From Macrostomum hystrix (lineage: Eukaryota; Animalia; Platyhelminthes), in contig CATNEN010000038.1 in the NCBI GenBank assembly GCA_950097015.1, forward strand, positions 25,296,001-25,360,000: 64,000 nt of DNA, in the 5' to 3' direction. The notes below the pieces were generated by a model. The model was not told where the DNA came from and did not search any database. It worked only from the letters and a program-made list of their open reading frames with translations. Shown here one piece after another: positions 1 to 14,200 of this stretch. Positions within the stretch are counted from its first letter, which is position 1. Each line of letters begins with the position of its first letter. The position numbers and the translations under genes are program-made.

Positions 1-3000
1 TACGATTCTTGCTGCGATTCTAACTGTAAGCTACGGTTCTTGCTGCGATTCTAACTGTAAGCTACGGTTCTTGCTGCGATTCTAACTAAGCTACCATTCT
101 TGCTGCGATTCTAACTGTAAGCTACGATTCTTGCTGCGATTCTTACTGTAAGCTACGGTTCTTGCTGCGATTCTAACTAAGCTACCATTCTTGCTGCGAT
201 TCTAACTGTAAGCTACGATTCTTGCTGAGATTCTAACTGTAAGCTACGGTTCTTGCTGCGATTCCAACTGTAAGCTACTATTCTTGCTGCGATTCTAACT
301 GTAAGCTACGGTTCTTGCTGCGATTCTAACTTTAAGCTACGATTATTGCTGCGATTCTTACTGTAAGCTACGGTTCTTGCTGCGATTCTCTAACTGTAAG
401 CTACGGTTCTTGCTGCGATTCTAACTTTAAGCTACGGTTCTTGCTGCGATTCTAACTGTAAGCTACGGTTCTTGCTGCGATTCTAACTGTAAGCTACGAT
501 TCTTGCTGCGATTCTAACTGTAAGCTACGATTCTTGCTGCGATTCCAACTGTAAGCTACGATTCTTGCTGCGATTCTAACTGTAAGCTATACGGTTCTTG
601 CTGCGATTCTAACTGTAAGCTACGATTCTTGCTGCGATTCTAACTGTAAGCTATACGGTTCTTGCTGCGATTTTAACTGTAAGCTACGATTCTTGCTGCG
701 ATTCTAACTGTAAGCTATACGGTTCTTGCTGCGATTCTAACTGTAAGCTACGATTCTTGCTGCGATTCTAACTGTAAGCTACGGTTCTTGCTGCGATTCT
801 AACTGTAAGCTACGGTTCTTGCTGCGATTCTAACTGTAAGCTACGATTCTTGCTGCGATTCTAACTGTAAGCTATACGGTTCTTGCTGCGATTCTAACTG
901 TAAGCTACGATTCTTGCTGCGATTCTAACTGTAAGCTATACGGTTCTTGCTGCGATTCTAACTGTAAGCTACGATTCTTGCTGCGATTCTAACTGTAAGC
1001 TACGGTTCTTGCTGCGATTCTAACTGTGAGCTACGGTTCTTGCTGCGATTCTAACTAAGCTACCATTCTTGCTGCGATTCTAACTGTAAGCTACGATTCT
1101 TGCTGCGATTCTAACTGTAAGCTACGGTTCTTGCTGCGATTCTAACTGTAAGCTACGATTCTTGCTGCGATTCTAACTGTAAGCTACGATTCTTGCTGCG
1201 ATTCCAACTGTAAGCTACGATTCTTGCTGCGATTCTAACTGTAAGCTACGATTCTTGCTGCGATTCTAACTGTAAGCTACGATTCTTGCTGCGATTCTAA
1301 CTGTAAGCTATACGGTTCTTGCTGCGATTCTAACTGTAAGCTACGATTCTTGCTGCGATTCTAACTGTAAGCTATACGGTTCTTGCCGCGATTCTCTAAC
1401 TGTAAGCTACGATTCTTGCTGCGATTCTAACTGTAAGCTACGATTCTTGCTGCGATTCTAACTGTAAGCTACGGTTCTTGCTGCGATTCTAACTAAGCTA
1501 CCATTCTTGCTGCGATTCTAACTGTAAGCTACGATTCTTGCTGCGATTCTAACTGTAAGCTACGATTCTTGCTGCGATTCTAACTGTAAGCTACGATTCT
1601 TGCTGCGATTCTAACTGTAAGCTACGGTTCTTGCTGCGATTCTAACTAAGCTACCATTCTTGCTGCGATTCTAACTGTAAGCTACGATTCTTGCTGCGAT
1701 TCTAACTGTAAGCTACGATTCTTGCTGCGATTCTAACTGTAAGCTATACGGTTCTTGCTGCGATTCTAACTGTAAGCTACGATTCTTGCTGCGATTCTAA
1801 CTGTAAGCTATACGGTTCTTGCCGCGATTCTCTAACTGTAAGCTACGGTTCTTGCTGCGATTCTAACTGTAAGCTATACGGTTCTTGCTGCGATTCTAAC
1901 TGTAAGCTATACGGTTCTTGCTGCGATTCTAACTGTAAGCTACGGTTCTTGCTGCGATTCTAACTGTAAGCTACGATTCTTGCTGCGATTCTAACTGTAA
2001 GCTATACGGTTCTTGCCGCGATTCTCTAACTGTAAGCTACGATTCTTGCTGCGATTCTTACTGTAAGCTACGGTTCTTGCTGCGATTCTAACTGTAAGCT
2101 ACGGTTCTTGCTGCGATTCTAACTGTAAGCTACGGTTCTTGCTGCGATTCTAACTGTAAGCTACGGTTCTTGCTGCGATTCTAACTGTAAGCTACGGTTC
2201 TTGCTGCGATTCTAACTGTAAGCTACGATTCTTGCTCCGATTCTAACTGTAAGCTACGATTCTTGCTGCGATTCCAACTGTAAGCTACGATTCTTGCTGC
2301 GATTCTAACTGTAAGCTATACGGTTCTTGCTGCGATTCTAACTGTAAGCTACGATTCTTGCTGCGATTCTAACTGTAAGCTACGGTTCTTGCTGCGATTC
2401 TAACTGTAAGCTACGGTTCTTGCTGCGATTCTAACTAAGCTACTATTCTTGCTGCGATTCTAACTGTAAGCTACGATTCTTGCTGCGATTCTAACTGTAA
2501 GCTACGATTCTTGCTGCGATTCTAACTGTAAGCTACGATTCTTGCTGCGATTCTAACTGTAAGCTACGGTTCTTGCTGCGATTCTAACTAAGCTACCATT
2601 CTTGCTGCGATTCTAACTGTAAGCTACGATTCTTGCTGCGATTCTAACTGTAAGCTACGATTCTTGCTGCGATTCTAACTGTAAGCTACGGTTCTTGCTG
2701 CGATTCTAACTGTAAGCTACGGTTCTTGCTGCGATTCTAACTGTAAGCTACGATTCTTGCTGCGATTCTAACTGTAAGCTATACGGTTCTTGCCGCGATT
2801 CCAACTGTAAGCTACGATTCTTGCTGCGATTCTAACTGTAAGCTACGGTTCTTGCTGCGATTCTAACTGTAAGCTACGGTTCTTGCTGCGATTCTAACTG
2901 TAAGCTACGGTTCTTGCTGCGATTCTAACTGTAAGCTACGATTCTTGCTGCGATTCTAACTGTAAGCTATACGGTTCTTGCCGCGATTCTAACTGTAAGC

Positions 3001-6000
3001 TACGGTTCTTGCTGCGATTCTAACTGTAAGCTACGGTTCTTGCTGCGATTCTAACTGTAAGCTACGGTTCTTGCTGCGATTCTAACTGTAAGCTATACGG
3101 TTCTTGCTGCGATTCTAACTGTAAGCTACGATTCTTGCTGCGATTCTAACTGTAAGCTACGGTTCTTGCTGCGATTCTAACTAAGCTACCATTCTTGCTG
3201 CGATTCTAACTGTAAGCTACGATTCTTGCTGCGATTCTAACTGTAAGCTACGGTTCTTGCTGCGATTCTAACTAAGCTACGATTCTTGCTGCGATTCTAA
3301 CTGTAAGCTACGATTCTTGCTGCGATTCTAACTGTAAGCTACGATTCTTGCTGCGATTCTAACTGTAAGCTATACGGTTCTTGCTGCGATTCTAACTGTA
3401 AGCTACGATTCTTGCTGCGATTCTAACTGTAAGCTATACGGTTCTTGCCGCGATTCTCTAACTGTAAGCTACGATTCTTGCTGCGATTCTAACTGTAAGC
3501 TACGATTCTTGCTGCGATTCTAACTGTAAGCTACGGTTCTTGCTGCGATTCTAACTGTAAGCTACGGTTCTTGCTGCGATTCTAACTGTAAGCTACGATT
3601 CTTGCTGCGATTCTAACTGTAAGCTATACGGTTCTTGCCGCGATTCTCTAACTGTAAGCTACGGTTCTTGCTGCGATTCTAACTGTAAGCTACGGTTCTT
3701 GCTGCGATTCTAACTGTAAGCTACGGTTCTTGCTGCGATTCTAACTGTAAGCTACGGTTCTTGCTGCGATTCTAACTGTAAGCTACGATTCTTGCTGCGA
3801 TTCTAACTGTAAGCTATACGGTTCTTGCTGCGATTCTAACTTTAAGCTACGATTCTTGCTGCGATTCTTACTGTAAGCTACGGTTCTTGCTGCGATTCTA
3901 ACTGTAAGCTACGGTTCTTGCTGCGATTCTAACTGTAAGCTACGGTTCTTGCTGCGATTCTAACTGTAAGCTACGGTTCTTGCTGCGATTCTAACTGTAA
4001 GCTACGATTCTTGCTGCGATTCTAACTGTAAGCTACGATTCTTGCTGCGATTCCAACTGTAAGCTACGATTCTTGCTGCGATTCTAACTGTAAGCTATAC
4101 GGTTCTTGCTGCGATTCTAACTGTAAGCTACGATTCTTGCTGCGATTCTAACTGTAAGCTACGGTTCTTGCTGCGATTCTAACTGTAAGCTACGGTTCTT
4201 GCTGCGATTCTAACTAAGCTACCATTCTTGCTGCGATTCTAACTGTAAGCTACGATTCTTGCTGCGATTCTTACTGTAAGCTACGGTTCTTGCTGCGATT
4301 CTAACTGTAAGCTACGGTTCTTGCTGCGATTCTAACTGTAAGCTACGATTCTTGCTGCGATTCTAACTGTAAGCTATACGGTTCTTGCCGCGATTCTCTA
4401 ACTGTAAGCTACGGTTCTTGCTGCGATTCTAACTGTAAGCTACGGTTCTTGCTGCGATTCTAACTGTAAGCTACGGTTCTTGCTGCGATTCTAACTGTAA
4501 GCTACGGTTCTTGCTGCGATTCTAACTGTAAGCTACGATTCTTGCTGCGATTCTAACTGTAAGCTACGATTCTTGCTGCGATTCTAACTGTAAGCTATAC
4601 GGTTCTTGCCGCGATTCTCTAACTGTAAGCTACGGTTCTTGCTGCGATTCTAACTGTAAGCTATACGGTTCTTGCTGCGATTCTAACTGTAAGCTATACG
4701 GTTCTTGCTGCGATTCTAACTGTAAGCTACGGTTCTTGCTGCGATTCTAACTGTAAGCTACGATTCTTGCTGCGATTCTAACTGTAAGCTATACGGTTCT
4801 TGCCGCGATTCTCTAACTGTAAGCTACGATTCTTGCTGCGATTCTTACTGTAAGCTACGGTTCTTGCTGCGATTCTAACTGTAAGCTACGGTTCTTGCTG
4901 CGATTCTAACTGTAAGCTACGGTTCTTGCTGCGATTCTAACTGTAAGCTACGGTTCTTGCTGCGATTCTAACTGTAAGCTACGGTTCTTGCTGCGATTCT
5001 AACTGTAAGCTACGATTCTTGCTCCGATTCTAACTGTAAGCTACGATTCTTGCTGCGATTCCAACTGTAAGCTACGATTCTTGCTGCGATTCTAACTGTA
5101 AGCTATACGGTTCTTGCTGCGATTCTAACTGTAAGCTACGATTCTTGCTGCGATTCTAACTGTAAGCTACGGTTCTTGCTGCGATTCTAACTGTAAGCTA
5201 CGGTTCTTGCTGCGATTCTAACTAAGCTACTATTCTTGCTGCGATTCTAACTGTAAGCTACGATTCTTGCTGCGATTCTAACTGTAAGCTACGATTCTTG
5301 CTGCGATTCTAACTGTAAGCTACGATTCTTGCTGCGATTCTAACTGTAAGCTACGGTTCTTGCTGCGATTCTAACTAAGCTACCATTCTTGCTGCGATTC
5401 TAACTGTAAGCTACGATTCTTGCTGCGATTCTAACTGTAAGCTACGATTCTTGCTGCGATTCTAACTGTAAGCTACGGTTCTTGCTGCGATTCTAACTGT
5501 AAGCTACGGTTCTTGCTGCGATTCTAACTGTAAGCTACGATTCTTGCTGCGATTCTAACTGTAAGCTATACGGTTCTTGCCGCGATTCCAACTGTAAGCT
5601 ACGATTCTTGCTGCGATTCTAACTGTAAGCTACGGTTCTTGCTGCGATTCTAACTGTAAGCTACGGTTCTTGCTGCGATTCTAACTGTAAGCTACGGTTC
5701 TTGCTGCGATTCTAACTGTAAGCTACGATTCTTGCTGCGATTCTATCTGTAAGCTATACGGTTCTTGCCGCGATTCTAACTGTAAGCTACGGTTCTTGCT
5801 GCGATTCTAACTGTAAGCTACGGTTCTTGCTGCGATTCTAACTGTAAGCTACGGTTCTTGCTGCGATTCTAACTGTAAGCTATACGGTTCTTGCTGCGAT
5901 TCTAACTGTAAGCTACGATTCTTGCTGCGATTCTAACTGTAAGCTACGGTTCTTGCTGCGATTCTAACTAAGCTACCATTCTTGCTGCGATTCTAACTGT

Positions 6001-7778
6001 AAGCTACGATTCTTGCTGCGATTCTAACTGTAAGCTACGGTTCTTGCTGCGATTCTAACTAAGCTACGATTCTTGCTGCGATTCTAACTGTAAGCTACGA
6101 TTCTTGCTGCGATTCTAACTGTAAGCTACGATTCTTGCTGCGATTCTAACTGTAAGCTATACGGTTCTTGCTGCGATTCTAACTGTAAGCTACGATTCTT
6201 GCTGCGATTCTAACTGTAAGCTATACGGTTCTTGCCGCGATTCTCTAACTGTAAGCTACGATTCTTGCTGCGATTCTAACTGTAAGCTACGATTCTTGCT
6301 GCGATTCTAACTGTAAGCTACGGTTCTTGCTGCGATTCTAACTGTAAGCTACGGTTCTTGCTGCGATTCTAACTGTAAGCTACGATTCTTGCTGCGATTC
6401 TAACTGTAAGCTATACGGTTCTTGCCGCGATTCTCTAACTGTAAGCTACGGTTCTTGCTGCGATTCTAACTGTAAGCTACGGTTCTTGCTGCGATTCTAA
6501 CTGTAAGCTACGGTTCTTGCTGCGATTCTAACTGTAAGCTACGGTTCTTGCTGCGATTCTAACTGTAAGCTACGATTCTTGCTGCGATTCTAACTGTAAG
6601 CTATACGGTTCTTGCTGCGATTCTAACTTTAAGCTACGATTCTTGCTGCGATTCTTACTGTAAGCTACGGTTCTTGCTGCGATTCTAACTGTAAGCTACG
6701 GTTCTTGCTGCGATTCTAACTGTAAGCTACGGTTCTTGCTGCGATTCTAACTGTAAGCTACGGTTCTTGCTGCGATTCTAACTGTAAGCTACGATTCTTG
6801 CTGCGATTCTAACTGTAAGCTACGATTCTTGCTGCGATTCCAACTGTAAGCTACGATTCTTGCTGCGATTCTAACTGTAAGCTATACGGTTCTTGCTGCG
6901 ATTCTAACTGTAAGCTACGATTCTTGCTGCGATTCTAACTGTAAGCTACGGTTCTTGCTGCGATTCTAACTGTAAGCTACGGTTCTTGCTGCGATTCTAA
7001 CTAAGCTACCATTCTTGCTGCGATTCTAACTGTAAGCTACGATTCTTGCTGCGATTCTTACTGTAAGCTACGGTTCTTGCTGCGATTCTAACTGTAAGCT
7101 ACGGTTCTTGCTGCGATTCTAACTGTAAGCTACGATTCTTGCTGCGATTCTAACTGTAAGCTATACGGTTCTTGCCGCGATTCTCTAACTGTAAGCTACG
7201 GTTCTTGCTGCGATTCTAACTGTAAGCTACGGTTCTTGCTGCGATTCTAACTGTAAGCTACGGTTCTTGCTGCGATTCTAACTGTAAGCTACGGTTCTTG
7301 CTGCGATTCTAACTGTAAGCTACGATTCTTGCTGCGATTCTAACTGTAAGCTATACGGTTCTTGCCGCGATTCTAACTGTAAGCTACGGTTCTTGCTGCG
7401 ATTCTAACTGTAAGCTACGGTTCTTGCTGCGATTCTAACTGTAAGCTACGGTTCTTGCTGCGATTCTATCTGTAAGCTACGGTTCTTGCTGCGATTCTAA
7501 CTGTAAGCTACGATTCTTGCTGCGATTCTAACTGTAAGCTATACGGTTCTTGCCGCGATTCTCTAACTGTAAGCTACGGTTCTTGCTGCGATTCTAACTG
7601 GAAGCTACGGTTCTTGCTGCGATTCTAACTGTAAGCTACGGTTCTTGCTGCGATTCTAACTGTAAGCTACGGTTCTTGCTGCGATTCTAACTGTAAGCTA
7701 CGATTCTTGCTGCGATTCTAACTGTAAGCTACGGTTCTTGCTGCGATTCCAACTGTAAGCTACGGTTCTTGCTGCGAT
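1..7778. repeat. 31-bp tandem satellite, array 1 (open at window start); consensus CTAACTGTAAGCTACGRTTCTTGCTGCGATT
   Basis: Directly visible tandem monomers with recurrent 29-bp (CTAACTAAG) and 33-bp (GCTATACGG, TTCTCTAAC) variants; degenerate monomers trail to about 7850. Confidence 0.98.
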
Positions 7779-9632
7779 TACTCTAGCAAGATATCCTGAT
7801 GCGATTCTACCTAGCTACAGACTCTGCTGCGATACCTATAGCGATACCTATCTTGATTCCTAATTACCTTTAAATCCTGCGGTTCCATTGTTCTGGGTCG
7901 ATTCTATTTACGAATTTTAAATTATTGTTTGTAATTACTTTAGATCTATGTAAAAAAATTATTAAATTAAAGATTGTTCATGAAAACCTATTACAGGTAT
8001 GTTGATTACACCTGTAATTATATATGCTTGTCATTAAAATAATTCTAAGATGGACGGTACAATATATGGAAATATGAAACAATGTAACAGTGTACCAGTA
8101 CGTGGTGCACATGCAATAGATAATTTATAAATGTGCATTGCCACTCTCAATCCTTAGAATGCCCTCGCACAAGTGCAGTCACTGGGAAACTAAAGCGAAA
8201 AAGCAGAATGCTAATTCTGAGCCTCAGCATTTGTTCCTGTTCGAATTCCCCAGCACTATACATGCGTGTGTTTATTTAACGAATAATTCTTTATCTGGCT
8301 AAACGCCAAAGTGCAAATAATGCTACGGATCCGAATCGTCGAATTTTTTTTCGTTACTTTATACTCTGTCAAAATCCTGTCATATATTTTTAAGCTGGCC
8401 GTTAACAAGGACTAGTTCGTAAGCATGTCAGTTCCAATTGCGTTAATTTGCTTTGGTGAATTTTTAGTTTTGTCATTCGATTATTTTTAGTCAGCACCTC
8501 TTCTGTAATATTTTATACTTCATCGATTGTTATATTATTTGAAATTTATAAAACGGGGAAATCGGCAGAGCCAGTAATATTTTTGTATAACTAAGTGGCT
8601 TTATAATAGGGTCACGTAATAGTGTCACGATTTAGTCATGAAATCGCTTACAGTTATATTCAGACAAAACAGACAACAATATTTATTACTACGCAATAAC
8701 GCACTAAGGCAACTTAATTAATTGTAAGGTGAACACACTGAAGCTTTGTTTTAGTTTGCAAAATTGATAATAGAATGGCGTACAGTTCGAGCAAAACTTT
8801 TTCATAGAAGACGTCTTATTATAATTTTTGCCTACTCTTTCAAGTGCTTCTTACTTTACTGTTCTATATCTGCAGACGCTTGTCTTTCGATCTGATTTTT
8901 TGGATTAAAGTGTTTGCTTTTTACAAACATTATTCTATAAATTGACTATATGCTTGTCATAGATGCTGCTCGAATATAAATATATGAAAATGCAAGTACA
9001 AAAACGTTTGCAGTATATTGAAGCATTTTCCCAGAGCCAGCTTTTGTTATTTTTGTTTAGGATTAAGATTAAGCTTTAAGCCTGAGCTTTTCGTGGTAGT
9101 TCCTGTAAAAAAGACTTATATACCTTTGATATCCAATTTCCATTTTTTCGGATTTGACATGCATATATAATTGGTGAAATAAAAAAATGCAAGAAGTAAG
9201 ATTTTTTAAATGTTTTGTTGCTAAAATGCTAAACAGCTTTTGTTTAAATTAATTTAACTCCAAAAGTTGTACTATGGAAAAATGTGACTCCTATGTAAAT
9301 TGTGTTGTTTGTTTGCATTATCGATTCATAAATAAACATTTAATTATGTTCAGTTAAAAAAATGTATGTGGTAAAGCTATAAGAACTACAGCTCAGAAAG
9401 TGTATTTACATAAAAATACCTTGTTTTAAAGATACGCACATAATATAATAATAGAAGATATAAGCATCTTTGCAAACATTATTTTATCTGTCAAATGAAT
9501 AAGCATATTAAACGATATTAATTTTAAAATTAATTTTTTACGCGTTAAATCCAGTGTTAAAACAAGAAAATGGGTAAATTAAAACACGTTTTTTAATTTA
9601 AATTTAATTTCTTTTTTTTTCAGATTTTTTAA

Positions 9633-11219
9633 ATGACAGCTACCCACCAGAACATCATCCGTTCCTGGCTAAAGAGTTATCCAGCTCCTGTAGAAGCAGA
9701 GAACGACGATACAATAAATCATGGGTGTCAAACAGAATTATCTAATTCTGTCGAAGTTAAAAACTACTACGATCACCAGCGTCAGCTAATTATAGCCTGT
9801 AAAAGTTTGTTAAACTTGGTGGCAGACGAAGGGCACCAAGAGTTGGACGAAGACGTAGACGAGAGCAATATTGTGCTTAAAAAACACACTTGCAAGAATG
9901 GAGACTGCAATACAAGCAGCGATGCAAATGATAGGTAGTTTTCTTAGAATACCATTCTCGCAGAATCCAATTCTTAATACTAAAAAAAATAATCACTTCA
10001 AAAACTTAGAATTTTTTTTTTAAATAGCCAGGCTAAAATAGTAGTAAATATTTATTTCAATTATTTAACGAATTGCAACTTTTTCAAAACAGATCGGGTA
10101 AGCAGAAAAACATACTCGAACTAAGAGTTAAGTTACTTTCAGTAGCACCCATTCACACAGTCTATGGCCTGATAAGAGTACTTATTATACCCTTTATCGT
10201 AAAACCTCTCCCAGATGCCAGACAGCCTCATATTTATCAGCGCCGGAGTCCACAAAGTTAGTTTATCGCTTTGCTCAGACATCAATGCTGGCTGATTTTC
10301 TACTGGGCGGCTGTAAGGCCGCAGCGTTCGCACTATCCGGCTCCATGGCTGTTGTGGCATCGCTAATCGAGTCTAGTATGCAGTTTCTGAGCGGCTTTGT
10401 TATCTGGTTCGCCGATAAGCGCTCCCGTAGACGATGCCATCGTCATTATCCGCAGGGTCGGACTAGACTGGAGCCGGTATTGACTATTTTATATTTAATA
10501 ATCCGTTGCTCAAATCACCTGATTAATTGGGTCTACGATGTTTGCCAGCCAACATTTTCCAGCTGTCTGTCTTATACTAGACGTTTTAGTTGTCTTACGT
10601 TTTAGCTAACACCATAAGCTTGTACTAAAAATGGGCTGGCAAACTTTGCTATCAGGTTTAATTTGGTGCTATTTTTAGAATCCGGGGAAACCCCTGTGCA
10701 CGCGGATTGCAAGCACGTGACTGTCCTTCGCTCAAAGTGTTATAAAATGGGTTTTTCATTATTCTTTTTATTTATTAGGTGGCCATAGTCGTTCTGACTG
10801 TTGTCTTGGCGACGGCGGTTGTTCAAACCCTTCTCAACGTTTGCTCGGACACAATACAAATTCTGACAAAAAATAAGACGATCAATCAAGAATTGGAATG
10901 CCGCTGCAGGGGAAACAATAGTTCCTGGAATTTGCCACTCGCTGCTCGCGTGGTCAGCCACGTTGGTGAGTGCTAACTAATTTGCACACGTAGCCGAATT
11001 AAATCCTCTAAACTGAACCCCCCTTGTTTCCTCTCCTCTTAAGGACTTTCCCCGCTGACGCCGACCGCACTCGTTCTTGTCGGCGCCACGGTCGCCGTGA
11101 AATCCGTCCTGTTATTGTGCTGCCTGGCATCGCGAAACATCCGTCTGAGCAACGGCGGTAAATTCTTGGCCCTGGCGCATTTCAACGACATTGTCAGCAG
11201 CTCTCTGGCTGTTCTCTAA
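9633..11219 (+). pseudogene. Truncated duplicate of the CDF/MTP transporter; exons 9633-9934, 10215-10476, 10779-10965, 11044-11219
   Basis: Matches the 19127 copy at offset 9494 up to 11212, then runs into satellite-derived TCTCTAAC, giving an in-frame TAA at 11217-11219. Lacks TM6 and the C-terminal domain. Confidence 0.85.
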
Positions 11220-14200
11220 CGCGATTCTCTAACTGTAAGCTACGGTTCTTGCTGCGATTCTAACTGTAAGCTACGATTCTTGCTGCGATTCTAACTGTAA
11301 GCTATACGGTTCTTGCCGCGATTCTCTAACTGTAAGCTACGGTTCTTGCTGCGATTCTAACTGTAAGCTACGGTTCTTGCTGCGATTCTAACTGTAAGCT
11401 ACGGTTCTTGCTGCGATTCTAACTGTAAGCTACGGTTCTTGCTGCGATTCTAACTGTAAGCTACGATTCTTGCTGCGATTCTAACTGTAAGCTATACGGT
11501 TCTTGCTGCGATTCTAACTTTAAGCTACGATTCTTGCTGCGATTCTTACTGTAAGCTACGGTTCTTGCTGCGATTCTAACTGTAAGCTACGGTTCTTGCT
11601 GCGATTCTAACTGTAAGCTATGGTTCTTGCTGCGATTCTAACTGTAAGCTACGGTTCTTGCTGCGATTCTAACTGTAAGCTACGATTCTTGCTGCGATTC
11701 TAACTGTAAGCTACGATTCTTGCTGCGATTCCAACTGTAAGCTACGATTCTTGCTGCGATTCTAACTGTAAGCTATACGGTTCTTGCTGCGATTCTAACT
11801 GTAAGCTACGATTCTTGCTGCGATTCTAACTGTAAGCTACGGTTCTTGCTGCGATTCTAACTGTAAGCTACGGTTCTTGCTGCGATTCTAACTAAGCTAC
11901 CATTCTTGCTGCGATTCTAACTGTAAGCTACGATTCTTGCTGCGATTCTTACTGTAAGCTACGGTTCTTGCTGCGATTCTAACTGTAAGCTACGGTTCTT
12001 GCTGCGATTCTAACTGTAAGCTACGATTCTTGCTGCGATTCTAACTGTAAGCTATACGGTTCTTGCCGCGATTCTCTAACTGTAAGCTACGGTTCTTGCT
12101 GCGATTCTAACTGTAAGCTACGGTTCTTGCTGCGATTCTAACTGTAAGCTACGGTTCTTGCTGCGATTCTAACTGTAAGCTACGGTTCTTGCTGCGATTC
12201 TAACTGTAAGCTACGATTCTTGCTGCGATTCTAACTGTAAGCTACGATTCTTGCTGCGATTCTAACTGTAAGCTATACGGTTCTTGCCGCGATTCTCTAA
12301 CTGTAAGCTACGGTTCTTGCTGCGATTCTAACTGTAAGCTATACGGTTCTTGCTGCGATTCTAACTGTAAGCTATACGGTTCTTGCTGCGATTCTAACTG
12401 TAAGCTACGGTTCTTGCTGCGATTCTAACTGTAAGCTACGATTCTTGCTGCGATTCTAACTGTAAGCTATACGGTTCTTGCCGCGATTCTCTAACTGTAA
12501 GCTACGATTCTTGCTGCGATTCTTACTGTAAGCTACGGTTCTTGCTGCGATTCTAACTGTAAGCTACGGTTCTTGCTGCGATTCTAACTGTAAGCTACGG
12601 TTCTTGCTGCGATTCTAACTGTAAGCTACGGTTCTTGCTGCGATTCTAACTGTAAGCTACGGTTCTTGCTGCGATTCTAACTGTAAGCTACGATTCTTGC
12701 TCCGATTCTAACTGTAAGCTACGATTCTTGCTGCGATTCCAACTGTAAGCTACGATTCTTGCTGCGATTCTAACTGTAAGCTATACGGTTCTTGCTGCGA
12801 TTCTAACTGTAAGCTACGATTCTTGCTGCGATTCTAACTGTAAGCTACGGTTCTTGCTGCGATTCTAACTGTAAGCTACGGTTCTTGCTGCGATTCTAAC
12901 TAAGCTACTATTCTTGCTGCGATTCTAACTGTAAGCTACGATTCTTGCTGCGATTCTAACTGTAAGCTACGATTCTTGCTGCGATTCTAACTGTAAGCTA
13001 CGATTCTTGCTGCGATTCTAACTGTAAGCTACGGTTCTTGCTGCGATTCTAACTAAGCTACCATTCTTGCTGCGATTCTAACTGTAAGCTACGATTCTTG
13101 CTGCGATTCTAACTGTAAGCTACGATTCTTGCTGCGATTCTAACTGTAAGCTACGGTTCTTGCTGCGATTCTAACTGTAAGCTACGGTTCTTGCTGCGAT
13201 TCTAACTGTAAGCTACGATTCTTGCTGCGATTCTAACTGTAAGCTATACGGTTCTTGCCGCGATTCCAACTGTAAGCTACGATTCTTGCTGCGATTCTAA
13301 CTGTAAGCTATACGGTTCTTGCTGCGATTCTAACTTTAAGCTACGATTCTTGCTGCGATTCTTACTGTAAGCTACGGTTCTTGCTGCGATTCTAACTGTA
13401 AGCTACGGTTCTTGCTGCGATTCTAACTGTAAGCTATGGTTCTTGCTGCGATTCTAACTGTAAGCTACGGTTCTTGCTGCGATTCTAACTGTAAGCTACG
13501 ATTCTTGCTGCGATTCTAACTGTAAGCTACGATTCTTGCTGCGATTCCAACTGTAAGCTACGATTCTTGCTGCGATTCTAACTGTAAGCTATACGGTTCT
13601 TGCTGCGATTCTAACTGTAAGCTACGATTCTTGCTGCGATTCTAACTGTAAGCTACGGTTCTTGCTGCGATTCTAACTGTAAGCTACGGTTCTTGCTGCG
13701 ATTCTAACTAAGCTACCATTCTTGCTGCGATTCTAACTGTAAGCTACGATTCTTGCTGCGATTCTTACTGTAAGCTACGGTTCTTGCTGCGATTCTAACT
13801 GTAAGCTACGGTTCTTGCTGCGATTCTAACTGTAAGCTACGATTCTTGCTGCGATTCTAACTGTAAGCTATACGGTTCTTGCCGCGATTCTCTAACTGTA
13901 AGCTACGGTTCTTGCTGCGATTCTAACTGTAAGCTACGGTTCTTGCTGCGATTCTAACTGTAAGCTACGGTTCTTGCTGCGATTCTAACTGTAAGCTACG
14001 GTTCTTGCTGCGATTCTAACTGTAAGCTACGATTCTTGCTGCGATTCTAACTGTAAGCTACGATTCTTGCTGCGATTCTAACTGTAAGCTATACGGTTCT
14101 TGCCGCGATTCTCTAACTGTAAGCTACGGTTCTTGCTGCGATTCTAACTGTAAGCTATACGGTTCTTGCTGCGATTCTAACTGTAAGCTATACGGTTCTT